Of a DNA stretch of 64,000 bases, positions 51,346 to 64,000 are shown one piece after another. A program made the translations under genes and the position numbers. Source of the stretch: Octopus vulgaris. Taxonomy: Eukaryota. Numbering within the stretch: position 1 is the stretch's first letter; every line of letters starts with the position of its first letter. The stretch is from NCBI GenBank assembly GCA_951406725.2, contig OX597822.1, positions 75,578,001-75,642,000 of the forward strand. Direction: 5' to 3'. A model generated the notes under the pieces. That model ran no database searches. It saw only the letters and a list, made by a program, of their open reading frames with translations, and was not told where the DNA came from.

Positions 51346-52379
51346 ATCAGGTTGTACATGGAGATGACGAGTTTCCGGGGAAACATCAATACATGTACAA
51401 TACACCTGCATCCATCCACTTTCTTAGCTATTAACGGCATTCCATACGCTCAAGCATTAACATGTAACTTGATCGCCTATGATTTTATTCTATTTAGTCC
51501 ATTGCTGTGCATGCATTAAATAGAATATCTCATACTACAAATATCAGCATCTTTCCCCAGATATTAAATTCTTCCATCGATGAGAACTTTAGATTTGTCT
51601 TCCATGGTTCCGATGGGAATTCGCTAAGCTGCTGAAGTTTAGCTACATAAAATACTCAGTGAGGTAGCAGTTGTTTGCTGTCTCAAATTACAGTTATCTG
51701 CAGAAATGTGACTTAGCACAAGTTAATCGCAGTGTTAAAACCTCTCTCATGGAAGCGAGAGATTGTCTTAATCTCTGGATGCAAGATTAGTCTGACATGT
51801 TAAGGAGATTCTACACCGTGGGAATATTGAAAAGGGCTCAGCAAGCATGCAAATCTATATTACAATATTTGTTTAAGCGCTGAGTTAGCTTCGTGACCTT
51901 TTGGTTCCGGGTTCAGTCCTATTGCGTGACACCTTGGGCAAGTGTCTCCTACTATGACCACGAGTCGATCTAGCAGCCAGCACCAGCTAGTTGTCACGTG
52001 ACACTGCTTAAACTTCAACTGACCAATGAAGGGGAAGGGCGCGTAATCTTAGCTCGCGCTCTTTCTAAAACTGCCTTCCAACAGTGTCGTGTTAGTTTCA
52101 GTTCCAGTAGCCAGAGCCAACCAGTTGTTTGGTGGTACAAGCCTTCGAACCAGGAGGAAGGTGCACCATGAACGAGACCTCTACCTGTCAATCAGCGATG
52201 CCGCTTAAGTGTCAGCCATTCTCACCTAGTAATACTATTTCCCATGTATGTTATGTTATGGCTTTCAACCCATTTTGGGGCTTCTCACTTCAGACATATA
52301 TAGAAACTGGCTTTTGCAACTGCCTCCTGTATCCTCCTCATTACTTTTCTCAGCTCTGAGCTCGAAAATGTAAACCTGT

Positions 52380-52884
52380 TACACGACGACTCTAGCTTGG
52401 TCAAATATAGTGGAACTGTCGTCTGTTTTATCTACAGAGGCTAGAGAAGTTTACTACGACGGATTATTTATCCTGGATATCTTCAGATACAACACACCTG
52501 CCATATTTTGGAACATCTTAATATGAACTGGCAAATCATAGATAGCTGTAAAAGGACCATAAATAATATATTCAAAGAAATTGGAACTAAATACAGATGT
52601 CAACGATAACTCTATCAAAGCCAGCTTTACCAATAATATTCTTAAGACAGGAAAATACTAGAAAGCCAAACGATAGATGTGTGTTCATCTAATGAGACAC
52701 CAAATATTTCCCAGCTATACTTAGATATCTTGTAACATCTATCAGCGGAGTAATGTCTTTGGATGGAGATAATTTCAACAAGACGGCACACTATAAGAAC
52801 GAGGTACTAATGAAGAGTGGCTTTAGTGAGAACTTAATGACTATTAGAACAAGAATTTTTAATCTAATTCAATCATCCTACATT

Positions 52885-52950
<66 letters not shown>

Positions 52951-53010
52951 TCTTGAATAGCCACAAGTTTTCTGGTCCTAATTAGACTGCATTTCTTAAA
53001 CAAACTTAAG
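52380..53010 (+). pseudogene. Decayed Penelope-like reverse transcriptase C-terminal region
   Basis: Frameshifted YRKPND-like motif (about 52657), NFNKTAHYKNEVLMKSGFSENL (cf. FNKAAP.Y..AL..SG(Y/F)...L) and IATSFLVLIRLHF (cf. IG..FL.LI..HF); (AG)n inserted at 52887-52947. Confidence 0.55.
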
Positions 53011-53594
53011 GGCCAGAAAATGCTAAAGCTCCTCAGAAGAATGTTAACTACTTTAAATGCCTAATAACCTCGCTACTAAGATTTCACACTACCACAGGTA
53101 ATAAAGAGGCCCCAGCCATGTTCAATTATTTCCTCGATTGCACCAATCTATAATTGGCAAAATGACACCATCTGTCGACTTGATGAGTATACTTCAAAAA
53201 CGCTGCAATTTATGTACTTACTCTTATAATTATCGATGTTACATCGAGAAACCTTACAATGCTAAGCTAAAGATTGCAAGGGTCGTTTTGCAGAATTAGA
53301 ATGCGATGGAGGGGAGAATAGAAGGTGGAAATGAATTACAGAAAAAAAACGAAAAACAGGTAAACATGGAAGTATTCTCATAGGAAACGAAGTTATAAGC
53401 TCAGTTTCGGCCCTTTTAAGGTTCGCAAATCCCAATTCCGTTGTACTGTTCGTCGTCCGATTGCCCCAGAGATATTGAAGATATCAATGAGGTGATGGAC
53501 AGATTCGAACACAAAAGAATAGAAAACAAAATACAAGCAGGACAAAAAATTACGGATGGACATAATACAATAGTATATATATATATATATATAT

Positions 53595-53887
53595 CACCGT
53601 CACCGTCACCGACCAGGCTATCAGATGTTGCAACACGTCGCTGGTCACAATGCGCTTCGCATTGTTTTAGCCTTCAAATAACGCCAAATTGGTGGTTAAG
53701 CGAACAGGCCAACAGAAGAAAGAGTGAGAGGCCGTTGTGGCGAAAAAGTACAGCAGGGATCGCCACCACCCCCTGCCGGAGTCACGTGGAGCTTTAGGTG
53801 TTTTCGCTCAAAAGCCCGGTCTGGGAATCGAAACCAGGATCCTACGACCGCGAGTCCGCTGCCCTAACCACTGGGCCATTGCGCCTC
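53595..53887 (-). mobile_element. SINE family C with an alternative tail
   Basis: Head matches 62668-62850; the tail (53595-53715) is unrelated to 62860-62975. Confidence 0.8.
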
Positions 53888-53897
53888 ATATATATAT

Positions 53898-54236
53898 GAG
53901 GAGATCCCTTTGGTCATGAATGGCCATGGGATTGCACCTAAAAAGTTACCCTCCGAGGCACAAGTCCGGGGAAAGGGTGGTTGTGGAAGGCCAGCAGTCA
54001 CCCATGCATACCAGTCTCGCCGCTCCACGCCACCAGTGTTGCCCATGGAAAAGCAAAGGGCATGATACAGCTTCGCACCAGTGACGTCGCAACTCATTTC
54101 TACAGCTGAGTTAACTGGAACGACGTGAAATAAAGTGTCTTGCTCAAGAACACAACACGCAGCTCGGTTCCGGGAATCGAATTCACAACCACGCGATCGT
54201 AAGCTCGACACTCTAACCACTTAGCCATACGCTTTC
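53898..54236 (-). mobile_element. SINE family D with tail ii
   Basis: Colinear with 21668-22061. Confidence 0.85.
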
Positions 54237-56259
54237 ACACACACACACTCACAGAGTAATATTAGAGAAATGACTCCGAGTGGCCACTGGACATTGGCAT
54301 GAACTGACAAATAAAGGTATTATATTTTATATGCCGACCGTAATATATTCTGAACTTACTGAAATTATCTTCGCTTCGAATGAGGTAATTGATATGCCAA
54401 TAAGAAAAAAGACAGTCTTCCTTCTCCTGCATTAATTGCGAATATATTTGTCTGCTAGTTATTTCTATCGGTTATTCTCTCTTTCTCTATTTCTTTCATT
54501 CGTCCCCACTCTTTCACTCTCTTCCTCGTTATCTATGTCATTCTTTATCTATCGCATTGTTTGTCATCCTGCTATTGTTAATTCTATATATTTCTCATTT
54601 ATTAAATTATTTCGTCTCCTCTCTAAGTCATAGTTCTCATTTTAAGTTACTTATTCTATTTCACACTCTCAATATTTCCTCTGACGCCTCCTGTTTCTCC
54701 ATACCCAGATCCTTTATCCTTTCTCATCCGCATTTTTCTCTACACTAAGCAATATTTACAACCTTTTTCCTTTCTTAAGATTACTAGTTTTTTTCCCCTG
54801 TTATCATTTCCCTGCCTTAAAACGTCCTGCCGTGCAGCGGAGACATTTAAAGAATAATATTTGTGGCCTTCAAGTTGACTTCGGCCATTAAATCTTTGTC
54901 GGTTCTTTCACCCTTTCAACTATCCACTTTCGTCATAGTCTTTTATTAGTAAAATGGCCGCCATACGGTAAGCCTTTCTCTCTATAGAAAGGCGGTAGTA
55001 ATGTAAAATGCCAGAACCAATTTATGGTTGAGTATGCAGCAACAGTATGACATACTGAATGCATTAAGATAACTTAATCAAAACGATCCTCTTTAATATC
55101 AACTGACATTTCTCTATGTAAGTGTTCTTCCAAAATTGATTATGCTGCCTAACCATGCGTTATTTAGGATTTCTGGTTCACAAGAAAACAACTCTCACTA
55201 GTTAGTTTCACTACAACTGTATCATCCTTCTAAATCTTTTCCATTTATATTTTGCATCCAGTCGCTAACGTTCAACAACTCAAGCTGAAACTGTTGTTCA
55301 AATTGAACATTATGCACATTTATTTTTTCCATTCCACTTCGTCTGTCATGGAGAGCATAGAAAAAAAAAAAAAAGATTTTAGAAGTTACAGCACCTTCCT
55401 CCTGCCCCACTTCCAACCAATTCATAAAATTGAAATAAGAAACAGACTGACTGGTTTCTCCATAGGTTTTCGACGAATTCAAGTGGGTTCAAGCATTTCG
55501 GATCTCTACTTTATGTATCTCTTCTTTACATTGTCAATTTGCTTGTCTTTCAGTTCAAAATGTCTCATCTAGAATTCCAGTATTTTTCGTAATCGAATAA
55601 GTTGGTTTCTTTCCGGTCACATACACCGCACATAAATGCTCACAGAACCACTTTATACAGACTGTATCTAATGAATCCGGTTCAATGAACCAAAAACGTT
55701 TATCGGCTGCTTATATAATAAGGAGTCAGCTATTAGTAAATTCACCTATATATTTGGAGACAACACGGAGATCTATTCAAATACTGTTGTAGCTTGCAAC
55801 AAACGCCATTTTGTCGAACAAGTTTGTCATAGCAATAGATAAGAGAAATTGCTTTTTCTTTCATCTTTAATAACGATCACTACTACGCGATATCTTAGAA
55901 ATTGGTGTGAGTCATCTCTCAAAGAAAAACAATTTACGAAAACTATAGTAAGAAACAAAACAAAAATTGAACGAAAAATAAATGCAATGTATTTCATATA
56001 TAAAATACGGTATAACTATGTAATGTTGAAAAGATTAAAATAAGTAAAATAGTTAGCCTTTTAATTTGTATATGCACAATTATCCGAAACCATTGTGGAT
56101 AATTACGTATACACCGAGTTGATAAGTTTAAAGAGCAATACAGTCCATCGAATTTATTTTCCTTTGTATAAAAAGACAAAAAAGAAGAAAAAAAGTTAAT
56201 CAGGTATCCTCCAGCCGATAAGAAAGGATTGAGCGTACAGACGTGAGAAATGAACGATT

Positions 56260-56659
56260 TTCTTTTCTACCCTAGGCACAAGGCCCGAAATTTTGAGGGA
56301 GAGGGCCTGACGATTAGATTGACTCCAGTACGCAACTGGTACTTAATTTATCGACCCCAAAAGGATGAAAGACGAAGTCGATCTCGGCGGAATTTGAACT
56401 CAGAACGTAAAGACAGATGAAATACCTATTTCTTTACTACCCACAAGGGGGTAAACACAGAGAGGACAAAAAAGGACAGACAAAAGGATTAAGTCGATTA
56501 CATCGACTCCAGTGCGTAACTAGTACTTAATTTATCGACCCCGAAAGGATGAAAGGCAAAGTCGACCTCGGCGGAATTTGAACTCAGAACGTAACGGCAG
56601 ACGAAATACGGCTACGCATTTCGCCCGGCGTGCTAACATTTCTGTCAGCTCACCGCCTT
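56260..56659 (-). mobile_element. SINE family A dimer
   Basis: Reverse complement of the 8309-8700 layout, including the junction AAAGAAATAGGTATTTC. Confidence 0.9.
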
Positions 56660-56671
56660 GAAGAAAATAAA

Positions 56672-56839
56672 TATTCTTTTCTACTCAAGGCACAAGGCCC
56701 GAAACTTTTGGGGAGGAAGCCTGTCGATTGTATCGACCTCAGTACGCAAATGGTATTTAATTTATCGATCCTGAAAGAATGAAAGGCAAAGTCGACCTCA
56801 GCGGAATTTGAACTCAGAACTTAAAGACAGACGAAATAC
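56672..56839 (-). mobile_element. SINE family A headless monomer with tail 2
   Basis: Begins on the minus strand at GTATTTCGTCTGTCTTTA, about the same point at which the second half of the dimers begins. Confidence 0.85.
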
Positions 56840-57209
56840 ATATGTTTCGAAATGTCTTATCTTGTATTCTTAGATTAAAATACAAAATCCTCAATGACTA
56901 TGTTTATCATACTATACTTAATACTACACAGTATTACGATTCCCTGTTGTGAACATCAGAAACTTTGAAAAGTTAACAGCTATTTCTCAAATAAAATGGA
57001 GCTTACATCACATCGTGAGTGGGAATACCCTTTTGAAGGCTCTTTTACCTACCCGCCAGAAATAGCAACCAGACCTTTCTTAAATCAAAACTATTACTCT
57101 TAAAAGAGGTCCTAGATAGGCCTTATCTGAAAAGAAAAGATAGGTTGATCGTGGATAGAATACATTTCATCACAGATATGTTCTGTCAAAATTGTGCTGG
57201 AACTGATCA

Positions 57210-57213
57210 AGAA

Positions 57214-57247
<34 letters not shown>

Positions 57248-57490
57248 GGCAGCAGCAGCAGCACCACCACCAACAACAACAACAAGAACAACAATAACGG
57301 CAGCAACAGTAGCAACAACATGAACAACATGAATAGCAACGCAATGCAACAGAAGCCAGCTTTACCATAATTTGTGTCTAGACTATATTTGTTTTAGAAT
57401 ATTTCAAGATAGAATTGAAGTGAATGGAATAGATTGGAGTAAAATAGAACGGAATGGAATAGATCAGAGTAGAACAGAATAGAATTAGTT
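57210..57490. repeat. (CAG)n/(CAA)n tract and degenerate (GAATA/GAATG)n pentamer
   Basis: Visible at about 57210-57340 and 57408-57488. Confidence 0.8.
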
Positions 57491-57953
57491 GGCGAAATTG
57501 CTAAGATGGTTACAGCAATTGGTATTTCGTATGTTGTCTCTATCCACAAAACTACGAAACCAGCACATTTGTTCTTGACCTCACAATTTGATTGTCGTTG
57601 TCTGCTTTATAACTTCATGACATTTTTATGACCTAATATCTTCTCTGTCCATTTCTGTTTTATCGTTTCACTCTATCTTTTCTCATTGCTTCTTGTATTT
57701 CTTATTTAATGTTTAGTCGTGCTTGTTTATACATACATAGGTGTGTATATATGTGTGCACGTATGAATGTGACTGCAGACGTAAGGGTGCTCGCGTGAAT
57801 GTGTGAGTATGCATGCCTGAATGTTACGTTTGTTCCCCATTTTTCTCCTTCCGTTTCCTTTACTTACATCACAGTCTATTTTCACTTCTTCCCTTACTGT
57901 GTATGTTGGAGCATATATGCAAATACGTATGTATGTATGACTGTATCATCTAT

Positions 57954-58029
<76 letters not shown>

Positions 58030-58128
58030 GCATATGAAACCGTGAATGTAACCATGTATGTGTGACAATATATATACGCACACATACACATATATATAAG
58101 CATATATACATGTATGTATGTATGTGTG

Positions 58129-58211
<83 letters not shown>

Positions 58212-58415
58212 TGTGGTTGTGTTCGCGTGAACGTTTGAGCGTCTGTGCATAAGCATAATTCTATAACAATCGCTTTAATCATGTTTCCATTTACACATAT
58301 GAAATCGTAATATCGTGAATATCGTTAACGGTGTTATCTATTCAGCCATATTTTGAAAGCTATAGACATTTACACAGCACACTCACAAGCATACACACAT
58401 AAACACATTCACTTA

Positions 58416-58461
<46 letters not shown>

Positions 58462-58568
58462 CAGGTGTGAGTGAATATATATATATATGTCTATATTGAT
58501 GTATATATGCATATATACACAGACAACCTCATACATACACAATCAGACACACACACATATATATATGC

Positions 58569-58600
<32 letters not shown>

Positions 58601-59324
58601 GGAAAGAGACTTAGGATACTAAATATATATGTAGACAGATGTATATATGCATATCTACGTATATACGTATGTATAAACACACACACCAATAGCCTCACAC
58701 ATATATACGTACACGCGTACATATACATACATACACACACACACATATACCTATATACGAATTTCCAAACATTGTTCTGCACAGTTATCATTTCATATCT
58801 CTCCCTATAGGAGCTTATCTAAATCTATGTGAATACTGCATCATACATTTGATAAAACAGTAACATTTCTGTTATTTATAACTACACATTTACATTCTAT
58901 GTTCGTAAATGTGACGAGGTCTATGGATATAAGTAATCGTTACACAATTCTCATTCATTCAGAGACGCTTTGTTCGATTCAGGGTTTTCATGTCATACAG
59001 CATGGCCGACACGCTAATCTGACGCGGGTAATTTTCGCCAGCTCTTGGTGAAGTGAAGCCGAGAAAATTAAACGAATCAGCTTCTGGGTCATACAATAAA
59101 TGATTTGTATATGATTTGTATATGATTTTTTAACTTACAGATTATGAGCTGTTGATACTATACAAATTATGAGTCTTGTCTCGTTTACTGATTGGCGCTG
59201 AACAGTAATGATATCATTGGACCAATGTCAATCCCCGCTTGAAAGATACTTAACAATTTCATTTTATTTACTCCAAACTGCAAAATGGCATCATCTAATT
59301 ACTCTTACGAACATGTGTGAAGCT

Positions 59325-59709
59325 TGTGTGCATGCGTGTATAAGCTGGAGCACCGCCTTTAATTCAACTGACCCCCCAGGACTTTTCTTTGTAAGCGTAG
59401 TACTTATTTTATCGGTCTCTTAGGCCAAACTGCTAAGTTACGGGAACGTGAACACAACATCGTTTGTCGTGATAGTGTGGGGATAAACACAGACACAAAA
59501 ACATACACACAAAAAACACACACATATATATATGTGTACGCGGACGACGGGCTTCTTTCAGTTTCCATCTACCAAATCCATTCACAAGGCATTGATCGGC
59601 TCGAGGCTATAGTAGGTGCACGTAGGTGCCCAAGGTGCCACGCAGTGGGACTGAAGTCGGTACCATGTGGTTGGTAAGCAAGCTACTTACCACACAATCA
59701 CTCCTGCGC
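59325..59709 (-). mobile_element. SINE family B, full length
   Basis: Reverse complement colinear with 3345-3753. Confidence 0.85.
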
Positions 59710-59747
59710 CGATTACTTCTATTATTATTATTATTACTATTATTATT

Positions 59748-59806
<59 letters not shown>

Positions 59807-59831
59807 TATTATTATTATTATTGTTATTATT

Positions 59832-60385
59832 GAGTGAGAGAGCAGTGCATGCCATCAAAGTGGCACTGGGGTAAAATATACAAAGCCCAGTATACCCATC
59901 ATGACTACCCGTCGGATAAGGGCACATCAGGCACATGCACGACAACTAGATGCGCGTGACATGGTGATCTCATATGAAGATTAACAGCACATGACCTTGC
60001 AGGTGGGGCCCAGTTAGAATTTTCTTCAGGTTGAGTAACCTATCCCACTCAAAATGTCCCTGAATAAGGATTGTTTAAGGATGTTGAACGAAATACCCCT
60101 GTTTCCAAAGGTGAATTATCCAAACTTCCCCCAAAATCCTCTCAACACATGGCTATGATGCTCCCCCACTACTTCTGCTCGTGATCAGAGATGTACGTAT
60201 CATCAGCCACTAAGGGACATGCTCAACCGGTTAAGGCCAAACAACTGACAAGCAAATCTGTGGTATTGAGCAGAATATTTGCTGTTAACCCATCTTTTAT
60301 ACCAAGACAAAACAATATACATGAAAACACTTCCAATTAGTTAAGATAAGAAACCATGAGAGCCACTGCCTGGTACTGCATCAGG
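59832..60385 (-). mobile_element. Family E element in (TAT)n, longest copy
   Basis: Colinear with 43095-43623 and 11913-12263; TAT tracts on both sides. Confidence 0.9.
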
Positions 60386-60389
60386 ATTA

Positions 60390-60459
<70 letters not shown>

Positions 60460-61231
60460 AACCCTCGGATACTCCTTAATTACCGGTTATCATTTGCTTG
60501 AAAGCAAACAAAAACAAATCACCAAATGTTTCAAGTAGTGCCTTCTCCTGTGACTCAGAGAGACAATACTTTCCTTAGAATGCGAACTGTACCTAACAAT
60601 GCTGTCTTCTGGATCACTTTGAACCTGACAGCAGCTCCAATTTTCTTAATATGTTTTTCAAAGCCCTTGGAAACTCCTCCTAATGTTTCAATTACCTCTG
60701 GTATCCTCATTACTTTCCTCATTCATGCCCCATAACTTTCCTATCTCGTCCCGCAGTGGCTGGTACTTCTCAGTCTTTTCTGTTTACTTACATCTCACTC
60801 TCGAATCGCCTGGTATTACAGCATCTATATCATTGCTTCTTTTACATCTTTATGGATGATCACGATATCTGGCCGTCTCATATCCACGACTTGGTCGCTC
60901 TGTATGTTAAAATCCCAGAGTATTATAATGTTCGTTTTCTATTACTCCTTCTGGCTTGTGTTCATACCATTCTTCGGTTCTCTCGATATTTGCTTTACTG
61001 CCAGTGGACATATCTGGCTACATTGTCGATTCTCCTTTTGTATTCGCGTTGTGCGAGCTTACAGCACTCACTAACAATATGGCTTATACTTTCTCTTTTC
61101 TCAGAGCACATCCTACACTGTGGCGAGTCGGTGCTTTTATCAATGTCATATTTGGAGTAGTTTCTTCTTGACTGCTACACACTAATGCCTCAGTGGGCCC
61201 TTTTAGGTTTCCTTTCCGCAGCCATTACCAA
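60460..61231 (-). mobile_element. R4/Dong-like RLE LINE 3' fragment with CCHC knuckle and RLE domain
   Basis: CRMCSEKRESISHIVSEC.KLAQREYKRR.DNVARYVHW, WYEHKPEGV.EN, RRPDIVI, EK.EKYQPL..EI..LW and IQKTALLGT.RILRKVL; (TAT)n on both flanks. Confidence 0.88.
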
Positions 61232-61294
<63 letters not shown>

Positions 61295-61316
61295 CATATC
61301 ATCATCATCATCATCA

Positions 61317-61393
<77 letters not shown>
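61232..61393. repeat. (TAT)n-(CAT)n-(TAT)n-(TAG)n compound microsatellite
   Basis: Directly visible. Confidence 0.95.
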
Positions 61394-61413
<20 letters not shown>

Positions 61414-61799
61414 CATTTAAGTTTTGTATTATAATGGTTGCATTTTGTAAAAATCATGATGCTTGGTAAAATTACGTGGGGCAAAGAATACAGCTATTTG
61501 ATTATGTCGCGTTAAATATCTCATATCTCTCTTAAATTTCTTTTTGTTTTAATATGCTTGTCAGTGGATGAAGATTAGTGTAGGGGCAGCGGGGTCATTA
61601 TCTCTGATAAACACAGGAAGGGGGCTATTTTTCTCAGATCTGGATTTACTCCGATTGCTTGCAGCAAAAAGAATTCACTAAAAACACCCACGGGAGACGA
61701 GATTATTTATCATAAAAGTAATAAATGCCTGTTTGCTTTTCATGTTTGTCGTTTCTTTATTATCTGACGGTTATTATTTTTTAATTATATTCCCTTATA

Positions 61800-61862
<63 letters not shown>

Positions 61863-62667
61863 ATATATATAATGTTTAGTTATATACCATTATATACACT
61901 AAAGTACATAAACATATTTATTAGCAATACAATGTATATATTTATCTACCTATCTAAAACGGTTATCATCTGACGGCCTTAATATCTTCCCAATATTAGA
62001 CAGTTAACAAATTGTGTGGGATTTATGAAAGCATATCCTATTACAGTGTTTAGAATAAACAATTGATAACTGGAGAATAAATACTACTTTTGAACTAAAA
62101 CATATGGTAGTTTGATCTTTGGTAACCGATAAATAAATTGACCATAATGTCTTCTCTGTACTAATAGTGGTACCAACATTTGGAATGCTTGATTAGATAC
62201 TTAAAGAGATCCGAACTTTAGATATAAAACGGAAAACATACATAAAACTAATAAGTGACATCATAAACTTCCACATCAATAACGATGCTTGCTGAACGAT
62301 GCTTGCTGAAACAAAGTAAAAACAATTCAGAAATGATATAACAACAGTTCAGACAGTATTTAAATTGTTTGAATACTGTGTTTGATCCTTAGACATGACG
62401 TAATGACCAAAATGGCGTTGTTATTTATTTGATGTAAATTTTGTATAGTATATATAAGCAGAACAGATTACTGGAAAAGCATTAAAAAGAAACTGTGTTC
62501 ACCTTTATCAAATTCAAGGAAGCCGAGGTCGTGTACAAAAACTTTGGAGGTGCCATGTGAAAGGTGCATCCTATGTAGTCTGCAATTAAGATGAACTGCT
62601 ATAATCTGCCGCTGGCAGGAAAAATAGGGAGGATTCAATTCCTGATGATTTCCCTTGTGTAAATAGA

Positions 62668-62980
62668 GGAGGCACAATGGCCCAGTGGTTAGGGCAGTGG
62701 ACTCGCGGTCGGAGGATCGCGATTTCGATTCCAAGACCGGGCGTTGTGTGTGTTTACTGAGCGAAAACACCTAAAGCTCCCCGAGGCTCCGGCAGGGGTG
62801 GTGGCGACCCCTGTTGTACTCTTTCTCTCCAACTTTCTCTCACTCTTTCTTCCTGTTTTTTTAGTTACGCTGCGATGGACTGGCGTCCCGTCTAGCTCGG
62901 GGGAACACATACGCCATAGAAACCGGGAAACCGGACCCACGAGCCTGGTTAGGCTTCAAAAGGGCGCATAAATAAATAAA
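62668..62980 (+). mobile_element. SINE family C, full length with a tail iii-like 3' part
   Basis: tRNA-like head TGGCCCAGTGGTTAGGGCAG..TTCGATTCC; 3' GCGATGGACTGGCGTCCCGTC..GAAACCGGGAAACCGG; (AAAT)n/A-rich end. Confidence 0.85.
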
Positions 62981-63844
62981 AAAGATATAAAGGACAGCGG
63001 GTAACACTTTGTGCGGATATTTAAAAGCATATATTGTCTTACAGAGAAACGGCTGTACCTAAGATGATTTCTGGGGGTCTCTAGAACTTGAATGAGGAAT
63101 ATAGCATGTTATCTTTTGACCTGATACCTCATATGATAGTTTGCAATAGAGAAGACATCACTAGGTACCCAACAATTGGATGTTGGATCTGAACCGGGCT
63201 GCGGATTAAGTGTATCAACGAAGGATGGGGATAACTCTTCCGAAGATTTTTCACAGTTTTACCCTACCAAATTTCAATCAAAAGATGTTGGCCTTGCCAA
63301 AGCTGTAGTGCATGTCATTTATTCATAAAAGATGCACACAAGTTTTCCGAGCCAAAATCATGTTGTTGCGAGTCAGATTTGTAAAACATGCCATAATCTC
63401 TGCACCCATAGCTTGTGAAAGATTCAAATTACATAGGATAAAACGTGGAGCTATAGACATGTATGGTAAAGAATTGGGCGGGAATGGTTTAGTGTTTAGC
63501 AGTTCGGAATAGCAGAAATGATTGAGGATTGGGTAGACTGATGATGCATAAAGTCAGTGTTCAAATATATGGAGCGTGTTTCTGAACGCTGTAATATGTT
63601 TGGTTGCATGACAGCTTGGTAACTTCGATAAATGAACTGTGTACGAAGAGGAATTGAACAATTGTCTAGGAAAGGATCTGTAGATATTCAGAACGGAAGC
63701 CGATTCTAGCTGTTAGAAAACAGATCTAGTCTTTAGGAAGCATTTCTGACCATGTTATATATCTGTGGCCTTTATAGACTCTCAGAAACAACGAGGTCTC
63801 TGTGCGGAAAGTTGACCTGCTGAAATTAACAGTCAAATCGTATG

Positions 63845-63985
63845 TGTGTGGTGTCTTTCTGACTCTATATCCCTCACCCCACCCACGCACCACCACTTCA
63901 GAAGAGGACCGGCGTTAGTTTGTTTATGCCCCGAATTTAGAGGTTCGGCCTAAGACCTCCGATAGAGTAAGCACCAGACTTGAAT
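63845..63985 (+). mobile_element. SINE family B, old 3' fragment
   Basis: GTTTGTTTATGCCCCG.ATTTAG.GGTTCGGC..GATAGAGTAAGCACCAG.CTT resembles 3600-3670. Confidence 0.55.
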
Positions 63986-64000
63986 GAAAATAAAACAAAA

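Noticed and set aside
54800-55500. Possible Tc1/Tc3-like transposase relic or host exon on the minus strand
   Set aside because: Only a faint DGCKYKWKDL-like resemblance after assuming frameshifts; no TIRs and no coherent exon frame.
62668-62745. tRNA-like sequences here and at about 3350, 8310, 49030 and 53815
   Set aside because: They have A/B boxes but no convincing cloverleaf and continue into shared SINE bodies; these are SINE heads, not tRNA genes.

Overview
AT-rich eukaryotic genomic DNA, non-coding (intergenic or a very large intron). It is most likely octopod cephalopod (Octopus-like), inferred from the tRNA-headed SINE families and the extreme (TA)n/(AAT)n/(CA)n microsatellite load; this is not database-confirmed. 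I find no host exon, intact tRNA/rRNA gene or CRISPR array, and nearly all listed ORFs are microsatellite artefacts. Recognisable elements are: a near full-length but disabled RTE LINE (about 29833-33236); a complete decayed Buster/Charlie-type hAT with TIRs and an 8-bp TSD (24460-26815); a mariner relic; a Tigger/pogo fragment; CR1, RTE, L1/Tx1 and Penelope relics; several R4/Dong-like 3' ends sitting in (AAT)n tracts; a 425-bp MITE; and four modular SINE families. The most notable observations are: (1) two unrelated long inverted-repeat units whose arms each carry a minimal hammerhead-ribozyme motif, one with a compensatory G3:C8 core swap, plus further hammerhead-bearing repeats including an A6U family; (2) a head-to-tail non-coding element whose two 3' ends both abut AGCTYGCTTACC and whose tail is shared with a SINE; (3) a set of elements that appear to target (AAT)n. 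Coordinates were read by eye. Ends of decayed elements are approximate.
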